DNA of 64,000 bases from a virus: positions 28,953 to 92,952 of IMG/VR virus record IMGVR_UViG_3300050035_000086. One strand, 5' to 3'. The notes below the pieces were generated by a model. The model ran no database searches. It was given only the letters and a program-made list of their open reading frames with translations, and was not told where the DNA came from. This document shows, one piece after another, positions 9,599 to 19,405 of the stretch (position 1 is its first letter; every line of letters starts with the position of its first letter). The translations under genes and the position numbers were made by a program.

Positions 9599-11245
9599 AT
9601 GCCTGATAATCTTCCTAATCCCGATGCGTCTGCTGTTGTAACTGCACCCGCTGGACCTCCTGCTCCCCAGACTCAATCTCCCGATATGGGGGATCAGCAG
9701 ATTCCACAACAACCGATGCAAGCCTTTAATCCCCCCGCGCGTGGAGTCCCCGCCTCCCAACCACAGCAACCCGCCCCACAAAGCGGATGGCACAAGGCTC
9801 TTCAGAGCTTAATGGGAAGTTCTACCCAATATCAGCAGACCCCAAACGGCCCAGTTCCAGTTCAGGTCCCGAATAAACCCGGGCAGTTGTTCCGTAGTAT
9901 CTTGGCTGGGGCCATCATGGGAGGAGCTGCGGGAGAAGAAGCGCACAACCAGAATCCCTACGGGGGTTTTGCTGGCGGTTTTATGCCCGGGGCAAAAGCG
10001 GGTATGCAGAACCAGCAAGCGGAGCAACAGAGAGCGCAACAGCAAGCTCAGCAGCAATGGCAGAACCAGCTAACAGCGAACAAGGAGCAGAGAGACAAAG
10101 ATAAAGACCAAAGAGAAGCGACAGCCGCCTCGACTGAGGATATGGTTCAAAAAGCTCGAATCGCCCAAGCAAACGCAGAAACCTTGAGAACAAACCAATT
10201 AGTTCAGGGATCTAGCTTTGACCTCCACCAAAGAATAGCGGACGCGGACAAGGCGCGCATCTCTACGTTCGTAAACGCCGGAGTAAAGCCAACTTACGAA
10301 GATATTCCAGAATCCCAAATGAATGATATCATCAAGAATGCCCCCGGGTCCGGGTCTCTTGACTGGAGAGCAACCGGGACCAAAACTGTGATGGTGAAAG
10401 ACGCAAACGGAAACGAGACTCCTTCTTTCGAGCTGGTATATTCCGCCTACGATCCAAAAACATCTGCCCCTCTATCTCAGGCAACTATTCAGCAGTGGGA
10501 TAAAGATGGACTTTTCAAGTATCATCCGGAGTATAAAGATATTGTCAAAACCGGGAAGGTTCTAAGTGCCGATCAGTTCACATCTCTAGACCAGCAGGCC
10601 CAAAACTACGCGAACCAAAGCCTCGCACAAACCAAAAATGATTTAGAAGTTGAGCTCGTCAGGGCACAAATCGGGGAAGCAAAAGCGGCTATTGCCGCTC
10701 ATCAGGCTACTACTCGTAGAGAAAATCTGTCTACTTCAGAAATGGCTACAGAGGACGCTCGGAAGAACCGAGAAGAAAACGCTTGGAAACATCTCGCAGC
10801 CGCTGGAAATGATCCTTCTAAAATAAGTGCAGAAGACCGAGTCGTCATAGGACGAGCTTCTGCTCCGGTAGCTGCTGCCGCTCTTGCGGGGATTAAAGTC
10901 GCAGCCCAAGAAGCACAAAACGGAGACGCCGACGCCGAATCCCAACTCCCTGAATTGTGGAGGCAGTATAACGCTCTCAGCCGATTGGCTAGCTTCTCGA
11001 ATGAGTCTTCAGCCTCAGCGGTTGATCCAATTCAGGCTACCGTTGATTCTCTCAAGGGTAAGTCTGCCCACGAAGTTGCCGCTTCTCTGGACGACCCAAA
11101 GAATAAAGTTCCTGACGCCGTTAAAGCACAGGTATGGAAGAAGCTAGGAATGCAGCCGCCATCGTCCTTGAGTCCTCTCGGACAAGGTGCGCTGAGGGCC
11201 GTAGAAACGATAGGCCCAGCTCTTAACGCAATACCGATCTTATAG
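9599..11245 (+). CDS. DNA ejection protein
   Basis: Pro/Gln-rich N-terminus, Gly-rich hydrophobic segment, long coiled coils, synteny. Confidence 0.55.
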   Translation: MPDNLPNPDASAVVTAPAGPPAPQTQSPDMGDQQIPQQPMQAFNPPARGVPASQPQQPAPQSGWHKALQSLMGSSTQYQQTPNGPVPVQVPNKPGQLFRSILAGAIMGGAAGEEAHNQNPYGGFAGGFMPGAKAGMQNQQAEQQRAQQQAQQQWQNQLTANKEQRDKDKDQREATAASTEDMVQKARIAQANAETLRTNQLVQGSSFDLHQRIADADKARISTFVNAGVKPTYEDIPESQMNDIIKNAPGSGSLDWRATGTKTVMVKDANGNETPSFELVYSAYDPKTSAPLSQATIQQWDKDGLFKYHPEYKDIVKTGKVLSADQFTSLDQQAQNYANQSLAQTKNDLEVELVRAQIGEAKAAIAAHQATTRRENLSTSEMATEDARKNREENAWKHLAAAGNDPSKISAEDRVVIGRASAPVAAAALAGIKVAAQEAQNGDADAESQLPELWRQYNALSRLASFSNESSASAVDPIQATVDSLKGKSAHEVAASLDDPKNKVPDAVKAQVWKKLGMQPPSSLSPLGQGALRAVETIGPALNAIPIL

Positions 11246-11260
11246 CAACATAGGAAAATC

Positions 11261-14200
11261 ATGTCTAACTCAGTAGACCTTAGTGGAATCTGGGGGCAAA
11301 CAACCGCCTCCACAGAAACTAATGCTCCTGCTCCTCCAAGCGCTGTCGATTTAAGCAGCATTTGGGGGGCGCAAAAATCATCTCCAGTTGCCCCCACTTC
11401 AACTCCCGGGGCCGCCGACCTCAGCAGCATATGGGGTGGAGGTTCTGCGCGTCCAGATAATGGACAACCTGCCCAACCTATTCAGCATGTTTACCAAGAC
11501 CCAAATCAAAGTTGGTATAAAAGGGCCTGGGACTTCGCACAGACACCGATCACGGAAAGTCTCTTCGGAATGCCAGAAGAAAGAGAAGGGGCTGGTGGCC
11601 TTGAGCGCGGTATAGAACACATTGCATCTGGGTTTACGAGTCCCCTCTCGCTCGCGCTGACCGCTGCCACCTTCGGCACTGGGTCTTTGATCGAAAGCGC
11701 CGGAGCAACTGCCCTCAAAGAAGCCGGACTCTCTACTGCCGAAATTGCAGATGCTGTCAAAGGCTCCCAAGCGGCTCTAGGTGCTCTCAAGGAAGCGAAG
11801 TCAGTGGACCCAGTCATTCAACAAGCTCTGGAAGCGGGAGGGCACGATCTGGGTCTTCTGGATCGGGCTAGGAAACTCGTGTCTCCGTTAAATCGAGACG
11901 CGGAGTTCGGTTCGTCTGCAATTCAGAACGCCCTAAAGGAATCTGGAAAATTCTCCCCAGAAGAACTAGAAGCTCTGGGTAAGGCCGGAGACGCAGTCGC
12001 CGAAGCCAAGGCTGGATTCCACCCAGTTGAAGACGCCGTACGCGAAACAGGCGCAGATGTAGACGTTTGGAAGCGCGCGCAGAAAGCCCTATACGATAAT
12101 GGCCTGACTGAGCAGGACCTATTGTCTAAAAATATGCTCGAAAACGGGGCCTTCCAAGTCCTGCGTCACACGATCCCGGATCTACCTGTCGCTGCTACTG
12201 CTCGAATGGCCAAGACTGCGAATGCTGTTTTGAATGCCGGATTTACCCTCCAGCAGTTTGAAACAGCAGCGGCTATGTCTCCCCGATTCCTCGACGCTCT
12301 CAAAGAAGGGGACACCGATAAAGCTTGGGAGTACGGAACAGAAGCCTTTGCAGGCGGTGCTTTGGGAATCCTCGGGACGCCTCACGCTCTTCACGCAGCG
12401 GGAGAACTGTTCAAACCGCTTCTGGAGACCGACAAGTTCAGACCCAACGACGAGTTTTTGGCAATGGACCGGGCTAACAAGGAACGTGAAGTTCAACATG
12501 CAGTCGGAGAACAAGAATCCATCAATTTGGATAGCCGCGTTCGGAAAATTCTCGGACACGAAACTCCCGGCTTTAAGGATAAGGTATTTGGCCCAAATGC
12601 TGATGTAAAATCACAGAAAGAACTTGAACTAGCTTCTGTGTTTCATCAGGTGGTCACCGGAGGAGACGCTGAAAAAGCGGCTGTTTGGCACGACGCTCTT
12701 GCGGAGGCATTGGGCAAAGACGAGCGCTTGACGAAGAGTCCAGATAATGGACAGTATGGTCCAGCTAATGAAGCCGATGAGTGGGATCAGCTTGAAAACG
12801 AGGTTCATTCTCGAACTGGAAAGGACCCGGCGGACGTTTCTTATGCCGAGTTACAGAAAGCAGGAGTATCTCCAGAACTACTAAACAACTGGGATAAGTA
12901 CACAAAGAGAAACCCGTTTTCAGCCGACACCCCAGAATTGTCTAAATATGCTCGCACACAGACTCTCTCAGGAATCGGAACCGCTAATCCTGTTTTACTT
13001 CTCAACGACTACGCTCACGAACTACTCACCCGTGTTTGTATGAACACTCGGAACTGGTACGGAGCTGAGTTTAACACAGAAGATGTTGGGAAACTGGTGT
13101 CCGCTCTTCGAGAAGAGGCACAAAAAGGAGACAGAGGAAACCTCTCGGTACTTGCGAACGAACTAGAAAAAGCCGCGTCGGGGGGTAGGTCTGTGGTCGC
13201 CGTTAAGAAAATCGGTGGTCTCGCGCAGACATCTACCATTGCTCACGAGCAGACACACGTCTGGCAGACTAAATATCCTCTGACCCCGGAGCAACTGAAG
13301 CCGGTACTCGGTGATCCTCTGTACCGAGATGCCCTAAACGATTTGTACCGCAAAGGATATAAGTCGGATACAGATACGCTTCCAGATGAAATCCTGTCTC
13401 ATCTATCCACTGATGATCGACTTGGGTTATCAAAAACAGAAGCAAAGGACTTGACAAAGAAGTTCTTGTCGTTGTATCCTAAAGAAGCAATATCGGAATT
13501 CCCGAACAGAAATGAAACCACTCTAAATGCCCTGAAGGAGCTAGGATACGATGAGAATATTAACCAGACCGCAAATCGAGGAATACTTTACCAAACGTCA
13601 CGAGTCTTCGGAAACGGAGCGGGGTCTCCGCACCCCTACCTCCCCGACAACATCCGAGAACTCATCGCCGACAACAACTTCAAAGCACTCCCCGATAGCT
13701 ATAAAGCCACTGTCTTAGCCTCTTTAAAGAGAGTTGCTAACGGAGAACTATCTGACCGGGAGCTTGAAGCAGCCAAAGCTCTGAGAGACGAGCAGGCTCG
13801 CAATTTCCAAATAGGATCGTCCAACGATCTTCTGCACTCGTTCGTCCAAGACTACATGACCCGTACCTACAAGGACCTGAATCCAGACGGTAAGGTTGTT
13901 GCGTCCGAAGCCAAGCAGGGTAAGTTCGCTACGAACGTCACGATGGCTCGTCAGCGCGTATATGACTCTCACCTAACCGCCCTTCTGAAATCTCCAAAGC
14001 CAATCGACTTTGATCCGGTGTCTGTAACAGCTAAAGGACGCGGAGAACTCATCAAAGCAGCGGCAAACAAACAGTTGATTGACACTCTCCGCGATCAGTT
14101 CACTCGCGGCTCAGACGGTCGTCCTGCGGTAGTTCTCTCAGGACAAGGCCAAGTTGTGTCTGGACAAAATGGGGAAGACCCTAAAACTTTCATCGACCCA

Positions 14201-16351
14201 AACCGGGTTCGTAAAATCAACATTGCAGATTCAGTAGTCCAGCAACTGGACAAATCAGGAGACCTCCAAAGATTCTTGGACGAAGGAACCATCAAGGACC
14301 TGACTCCATACGTCCATCCATCGAATATCCAAGCAGCTATCGAAAAGTTGGAGGAGCAGTCTACTCGTAAAGAAGCTCAATATGACGAAGTCGGGAACAA
14401 TAAGCTATCAACCGACATCATGTATTTGAAGTCGATGGCAGCTAACAAAGACTACTCAGGACTCAAGGAGTTTAACGACGCGCAGAAGAAGGTTTATGCG
14501 TGGGACCCCCAAGATTACATAAGTCTAAATAACAATGCAATGAAGGGGTGGAACTTCGTAACCAACGATTCTGCTGGGCATAACATCTTGGTCCGGTCAG
14601 ATATTCGTGTCCATCCTGAGTTTGCGGAGTACCTGAAGAACCGTCTGGGTCTGGAACCGTCGGCGGTCGCCAGCAGCGCGGTGGGGAAAGCCTTGCTCGG
14701 AGCCGGGACCAAGATGAAAGAGACGTTGCTGTCTCTATCTCCGTTCCACATGGTTCAGGAAGCGCTACGCGGAATCATGATAGGAATTAACCCGTTCCAC
14801 AAAATTGGTCCGGACATTCTTACCGGGGCTAAGGTAGACCCACTCGACCCTAATTCACCCACGAAGATTAACGTGGGTGTCCGAAACGGACTGACCGTGG
14901 GTACTGACTACAAATCCTTGCAGGACCATTCTGAAGGTGTCGCTGCGGGCGGCGGAATTCTTCGTCTGATCCCCGGAGTCGGGAAACCTCTGTCTAATGC
15001 CATGGACTGGTACCAGTCGTTCTTGTTCAAACGCTATATTCCCGCCCTTAAAGCGCGCGGTTACGAACTTATGTTTGATCGCTACCAAGAGGCGCATCCC
15101 GACTGGGAAATAGACCACGTCGCAAAAGTAGCAGCTACCCACGCCAATAACACGTTTGGTGGAATTAATTGGAAAGCGATGGGCAGATCAGCTACGAATC
15201 AGGACTGGGGGCGCTTATTGCTGCTAGCTCCTGATTGGCTTGAGGCGGAGATGCGCTCTGGGGCCAATCTGTTCAACAAAGATGAAGGCGGACTAGGCCG
15301 TGCGCAAGTCGCCAAGATGGCTCTCGGTTTGTGGGGGGTAGCGCGCGTTCTGAACTACGCTTCTACTGGTAGTTTTCACAACGAGGCTCCCTTTGGGTTA
15401 GCCGTCAAGAACAAAGAAGGCAAGGAAACGGTCTTCGGCATTAGAACTCTACCCACCGACCTTCTTCACGCGGCGTCTGACCCAGTAGGGTTCCTCAAAG
15501 GACGTTTAGCCCCTACCATACGTACGGGGGAAGAACTCCTGTCCCAACGCGACCAGTTTGGAAGAAAGCTGGCTCCAGAAGACTTGTGGGCAGACGTTTT
15601 CAGGAACATGGCTCCTATTCCTGCTCAGACTATAGGACAAATGGTATCGGGGTCCGGGCCTTCTGTAGGCAACCCGGGGCAAGTATGGAAATCTATCGGA
15701 GGCACTGCCCAAACTTATCAGACCCCCGCTCAGAAGCTAGCCGCAGAACTGGCTAGTAATCACAACGAAGATGGCCCCGTGGACTCGTCACAAATGGCTC
15801 GCCATTCTAGAGTTATGCAGCTAGAAGATCAAGTAAGATCAGGAGACCTTTCTTGGCCGGACTTGATGAAATTGACGTATGAGACAGATCAGTTGAAGGA
15901 ATCGGAGCTGAAACATATTCAGCAGAATCTTCAGAAAACGAAGGGGCTGGATTCTTCAATGGCCTCTCTCTACACTAGAGCTTCGAGACTGCCCGCCAAA
16001 GAATACTTGCAACTTTTAGATGTGACAAATCCTTCCGAGAAAACGGCTTTGGTTCCTCTGACAATACAAGTTCAGAGACGGTACCTGACCAAAGCTAAGA
16101 AGGATGAGACCCCCGAAGAGAGACAAAGGGATCCAGTATTCCAGAGACTGTTGAGAACAATCCCTGGGAGAGAAGAAGCTGCTCCGCAGCCGCAGTCTCA
16201 AGCAGCTCCTCCGCCCGTGGTTTCTCCGGCTATACAAAAGGAAGTAGCATATCTCTATACAGCTACTCACCCGAATACTGGGCATAGAGTTGGGTCAAAT
16301 GACGGTCATACGTGGTTTGATCACCAGACGGGAGAACCAATAAATGGCTAG
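11261..16351 (+). CDS. Large DNA ejection / polyvalent protein with HExxH metallopeptidase-like domain
   Basis: 1696 aa, mostly helical. IAHEQTH with a downstream DEILS. Three N-terminal DLS.IWG repeats. Confidence 0.65.
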   Translation: MSNSVDLSGIWGQTTASTETNAPAPPSAVDLSSIWGAQKSSPVAPTSTPGAADLSSIWGGGSARPDNGQPAQPIQHVYQDPNQSWYKRAWDFAQTPITESLFGMPEEREGAGGLERGIEHIASGFTSPLSLALTAATFGTGSLIESAGATALKEAGLSTAEIADAVKGSQAALGALKEAKSVDPVIQQALEAGGHDLGLLDRARKLVSPLNRDAEFGSSAIQNALKESGKFSPEELEALGKAGDAVAEAKAGFHPVEDAVRETGADVDVWKRAQKALYDNGLTEQDLLSKNMLENGAFQVLRHTIPDLPVAATARMAKTANAVLNAGFTLQQFETAAAMSPRFLDALKEGDTDKAWEYGTEAFAGGALGILGTPHALHAAGELFKPLLETDKFRPNDEFLAMDRANKEREVQHAVGEQESINLDSRVRKILGHETPGFKDKVFGPNADVKSQKELELASVFHQVVTGGDAEKAAVWHDALAEALGKDERLTKSPDNGQYGPANEADEWDQLENEVHSRTGKDPADVSYAELQKAGVSPELLNNWDKYTKRNPFSADTPELSKYARTQTLSGIGTANPVLLLNDYAHELLTRVCMNTRNWYGAEFNTEDVGKLVSALREEAQKGDRGNLSVLANELEKAASGGRSVVAVKKIGGLAQTSTIAHEQTHVWQTKYPLTPEQLKPVLGDPLYRDALNDLYRKGYKSDTDTLPDEILSHLSTDDRLGLSKTEAKDLTKKFLSLYPKEAISEFPNRNETTLNALKELGYDENINQTANRGILYQTSRVFGNGAGSPHPYLPDNIRELIADNNFKALPDSYKATVLASLKRVANGELSDRELEAAKALRDEQARNFQIGSSNDLLHSFVQDYMTRTYKDLNPDGKVVASEAKQGKFATNVTMARQRVYDSHLTALLKSPKPIDFDPVSVTAKGRGELIKAAANKQLIDTLRDQFTRGSDGRPAVVLSGQGQVVSGQNGEDPKTFIDPNRVRKINIADSVVQQLDKSGDLQRFLDEGTIKDLTPYVHPSNIQAAIEKLEEQSTRKEAQYDEVGNNKLSTDIMYLKSMAANKDYSGLKEFNDAQKKVYAWDPQDYISLNNNAMKGWNFVTNDSAGHNILVRSDIRVHPEFAEYLKNRLGLEPSAVASSAVGKALLGAGTKMKETLLSLSPFHMVQEALRGIMIGINPFHKIGPDILTGAKVDPLDPNSPTKINVGVRNGLTVGTDYKSLQDHSEGVAAGGGILRLIPGVGKPLSNAMDWYQSFLFKRYIPALKARGYELMFDRYQEAHPDWEIDHVAKVAATHANNTFGGINWKAMGRSATNQDWGRLLLLAPDWLEAEMRSGANLFNKDEGGLGRAQVAKMALGLWGVARVLNYASTGSFHNEAPFGLAVKNKEGKETVFGIRTLPTDLLHAASDPVGFLKGRLAPTIRTGEELLSQRDQFGRKLAPEDLWADVFRNMAPIPAQTIGQMVSGSGPSVGNPGQVWKSIGGTAQTYQTPAQKLAAELASNHNEDGPVDSSQMARHSRVMQLEDQVRSGDLSWPDLMKLTYETDQLKESELKHIQQNLQKTKGLDSSMASLYTRASRLPAKEYLQLLDVTNPSEKTALVPLTIQVQRRYLTKAKKDETPEERQRDPVFQRLLRTIPGREEAAPQPQSQAAPPPVVSPAIQKEVAYLYTATHPNTGHRVGSNDGHTWFDHQTGEPING

Positions 16352-17273
16352 TCCTGGAAATCCATTATCTGGACAACAACCGACTCCTCCGGCGGGCTAC
16401 AAACTTGATGTGACCCCTCCGGAAGGGTATGCGTTGGACCAGAGCGTACCTGAAAGTCAGCAATCGATCCCACCTCCTACACCCAATCTAGCGGCGCAAC
16501 CCCCTGAGGTTCTGCCACAGGCAATGCACCCGGTTCTACAGCAGATATTGAAGGAAAACCAGGGACTCGCTAAAAATTTCAACGCAGACAACACTTCTCT
16601 AGTGTTTGCCAGCGGAGAGAGACAGCAGCGAGGACTCAAGGAAAGAGGAGGTCTAGAATTCTGGCACCCAGAAGGAGAACCTGTTGATAAGGGAGGCGAT
16701 CCGACCTACCCAACTCCACAACTCGGAAAGAATGTTCTTGAAGTATACAGTGATGACTTGAAGAATGACCCAATCTCCCTAAAGCAGGCACTCGTTGGCG
16801 ACTTATTGCACGGAATGACGAGTGATCCTTATTGGAAGAATCTCCGCGACCAGTTTATGCAGAACTTTACTCCGCAGGAGAGGAAACGACAAAAAGATGC
16901 ACAGACGTGGTGGGAAGACGTGAACGGAGATAGACACGCGGAACAAAAGGGAGAGGTTGGACATTCGCTGGGTAATGGAACATACGATGCCTATATTCGA
17001 GGATGGATATTTAATGAGGGGGAGGGAAAACAAGGGCAGATGGAGCAAGGAAATACTATGTATTCCCCCAAACAACTACAAATCTTACAGAAGATGCAGG
17101 AGTATCTAAAAACTGGAAAGATTTCTACTGCCCCACTAAAAAATACCCGTAGTAGGCCAGAAAAGATAGTTCCTAAGAAGGAGCCAGTTCGACCAGAACC
17201 AGATTGGGATGCCAATGACTACAAAAGGAATGGTCTAAAAGTACCTCCTTCTCTAGCTACTCTCAACAAATAG
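16344..17273 (+). CDS. Hypothetical protein, last gene of the virion operon
   Basis: Overlaps the previous stop. N-terminal PP.GY.LD repeats. Confidence 0.55.
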   Translation: MASPGNPLSGQQPTPPAGYKLDVTPPEGYALDQSVPESQQSIPPPTPNLAAQPPEVLPQAMHPVLQQILKENQGLAKNFNADNTSLVFASGERQQRGLKERGGLEFWHPEGEPVDKGGDPTYPTPQLGKNVLEVYSDDLKNDPISLKQALVGDLLHGMTSDPYWKNLRDQFMQNFTPQERKRQKDAQTWWEDVNGDRHAEQKGEVGHSLGNGTYDAYIRGWIFNEGEGKQGQMEQGNTMYSPKQLQILQKMQEYLKTGKISTAPLKNTRSRPEKIVPKKEPVRPEPDWDANDYKRNGLKVPPSLATLNK

Positions 17274-17285
17274 TCTAGCAAACAG

Positions 17286-17320
17286 AAGCCCCGAATCCTC
17301 TATAGGACCGGGGCTTTTTC
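17286..17320 (+). terminator. Rho-independent terminator between convergent operons (possibly bidirectional)
   Basis: AAGCCCCG...CGGGGCTT stem with an inner TCCT/AGGA stem, ending in a T run. Confidence 0.8.
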
Positions 17321-17341
17321 TGTGTCCATTATCTGGACCGT

Positions 17342-17557
17342 CTAATCCGCATCTGGTAAACCGAAGTAATGTCTCCACCCCTCGGTTCCAAACGTATCAT
17401 CACCATCCGACTCGTCTAGCTTCTGTTCTACGATGTCATAGTGTGAAAACACAGACATCAGTTCTGCCGGGGATGCTGCTCCTACGATAGCCTTTCCCCT
17501 GATGGTGTAGATTTCCTTCTCGGTCAAAAGTTTTGGTTCTTTAAATTTCAGAGTCAT
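17342..17557 (-). CDS. Hypothetical protein
   Basis: AGGAG RBS. Last gene of the leftward operon. Confidence 0.6.
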   Translation of the reverse strand: MTLKFKEPKLLTEKEIYTIRGKAIVGAASPAELMSVFSHYDIVEQKLDESDGDDTFGTEGWRHYFGLPDAD

Positions 17558-17948
17558 CTTTCTTCTCCTTGGTTAAAAAATCGTATCTTTCCCTAATCAG
17601 ATCAATCAAAACCGGATCTCGATACCCGTAGACATCCGGAATGCCGAGGTTTACAATTGGCCTCTCTTCCTCTCCTAGCATTTCCCGCAATTGCGCTTCC
17701 TGCCGGTCATCCATACATACAATAAGGTCCGCCCATTGCAACAGAACTTCATCTACCGGGACCAGAGCAAACTCCGCCGTCAGCCCCGCCGCCCTGGTGT
17801 TGAAGTTGTACGGTTCTTGCGACAGGACCATAGCCGCTGTTGGTGAACGAAGAATCCCAGCGGAGCAAACACAGAGGACCTTCTTGTACTCGCCCTGGTA
17901 TGGATTTGTACTATTTGCTAGCCTGTTCATGAGGAAGTTCGTTGACAT
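17541..17948 (-). CDS. Low-molecular-weight protein tyrosine phosphatase-like protein
   Basis: KVLCVCSAGILRSPTA (CX5R), WADLIVCM, LGIPD.Y.Y.DP. Confidence 0.85.
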   Translation of the reverse strand: MSTNFLMNRLANSTNPYQGEYKKVLCVCSAGILRSPTAAMVLSQEPYNFNTRAAGLTAEFALVPVDEVLLQWADLIVCMDDRQEAQLREMLGEEERPIVNLGIPDVYGYRDPVLIDLIRERYDFLTKEKKDDSEI

Positions 17949-18249
17949 TTTTATTATCCTTTTCAATTTCCAATTGTAGCATAGCCAGCGCCCTCCACGC
18001 AACTTTTGCGCTGTGTCGTACGCCATCCGTATCTACGGTTCCTTTTTCCATCAAATGGCGAAGCAATGTATCTTCTTGATCGCCAGACTTTTCTCTAGCC
18101 CAATGAAGTGGTTCTCCGCTGTTGTGTTGTTCGTTTCCAATGTAGGACAAATGGGCAACATCTGCCAAGGCGTCGGGGAAATATTGGAACAAACCCGACC
18201 ACAGAGGAATCTTCTTCCTCTCAACAGGATCAGTCGGAAGCAATGACAT
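17911..18249 (-). CDS. dATP/dGTP diphosphohydrolase-like protein (DUF5664)
   Basis: FPDALADVA..S..GNEQHN...LHW...LLRHL...D.DG.RH.AKVAWRALA.L. Confidence 0.75.
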   Translation of the reverse strand: MSLLPTDPVERKKIPLWSGLFQYFPDALADVAHLSYIGNEQHNSGEPLHWAREKSGDQEDTLLRHLMEKGTVDTDGVRHSAKVAWRALAMLQLEIEKDNKNVNELPHEQASK

Positions 18250-18655
18250 TGTCTATCCTTTCACCTTCCAAGAAGGAGTCAAAGTCCGAATAATGGACAA
18301 CTTGGGGTAAATAATGGAAAATGTTCTCTTCGCCTCCGATCACTACAATCCTCTTGCCTGTACCTAAAGCATATCCAAACTCAGCATGGCGACCGCCTCG
18401 TGGTGTTCCGATAGTGGGGTCCTCTGAAAAGAATACGAACGTGTCGGCGGCGTCGATATCTTCGAGGTCGATGTATGCGGTATGTCGGCAGAACTTAGGC
18501 GTAAACTCGTGAAGATGGGCTGTCTCTGATCCCGTCTCCTCAAGCCATCGACTCGTTACTTTGATGTTGTGTTCGAGAAGAATAGGAACCAAAGACTTGA
18601 TTTCCTTCTTCCTGGAATATCTAGCAGCTAAGTATACCTTCATCATCTCCTCCAA
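18230..18655 (-). CDS. Nucleoside 2-deoxyribosyltransferase-like protein
   Basis: KVYLAA, DLEDIDAAD, GGRHAEFGYALG.GKRIVVIG. Confidence 0.8.
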   Translation of the reverse strand: MEEMMKVYLAARYSRKKEIKSLVPILLEHNIKVTSRWLEETGSETAHLHEFTPKFCRHTAYIDLEDIDAADTFVFFSEDPTIGTPRGGRHAEFGYALGTGKRIVVIGGEENIFHYLPQVVHYSDFDSFLEGERIDNVIASD

Positions 18656-18817
18656 ATTGAGCCTGTCTTCGGGTCCATCCCATACTTCTCGTTACTCAAA
18701 GAGTAGGTCCGAGGTTTCCGATCCGGGTCTCTTCGTCCAGTCGGGGACTTCGGTTCGTCTAGGTTATGAATGGGTGTGTACTGGCCCCCAAGATCATGAA
18801 GCCACCCAATCCAAATT

Positions 18818-19405
18818 TCAAACAGATTCTTGTCTCTCAATTTTTTCCTCTCTAGATTCTCTGTATTCTCGAATTGCTTTGCCAACTAATACCCACTCTT
18901 CGTAGCAGCGAAGCAGCTTTGATTCGTTACATCCTTTGCAGCAAGGAACGCAATTTTCAACCGAATATCCCTTTGAACTATCCTTTCGGTCTAGATTATG
19001 TCCCCTAGAGGTATCATTTGTGCTATGCTTGCACCACACAAGAGGGAAGGAGCAGTAGTGGCATACGAAGTTCTTTTGGGCAAAATTTTGGTACTCTTCG
19101 AAAGAAAGATTTACCGAAATATGTCTCTTCTTGGCATCTCGTACCAGCCGAGCGTAAGGGACCCAATACGGTTCTTTTTGAAGGGCCTTCGTTATTTGCT
19201 CCTTCTGATAACATGTGCAACTTATAGTCAATCCACCTTTTAAGCTGGAATGGCTTATTATCTTTTCTTTTCCGCAGTCGCAGCGACACAACCACCTTCT
19301 TTTGCTTTCGTTTTTTCCTTTAGTTCTTTTTCTAGCCGCCTCTTGTATGACGACAAGTTTACCGAACCTCTGATTAGTGAGGTCTTGAAGCGGAACAGTT
19401 CTCAA
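18818..19405 (-). CDS. HNH homing endonuclease
   Basis: DLTNQRFGKLVV..WLCRCDCG N-terminal domain; CHYC...LDRKDSSKGYSVENCVPCCKGCN. Confidence 0.85.
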   Translation of the reverse strand: MRTVPLQDLTNQRFGKLVVIQEAARKRTKGKNESKRRWLCRCDCGKEKIISHSSLKGGLTISCTCYQKEQITKALQKEPYWVPYARLVRDAKKRHISVNLSFEEYQNFAQKNFVCHYCSFPLVWCKHSTNDTSRGHNLDRKDSSKGYSVENCVPCCKGCNESKLLRCYEEWVLVGKAIREYRESREEKIERQESV

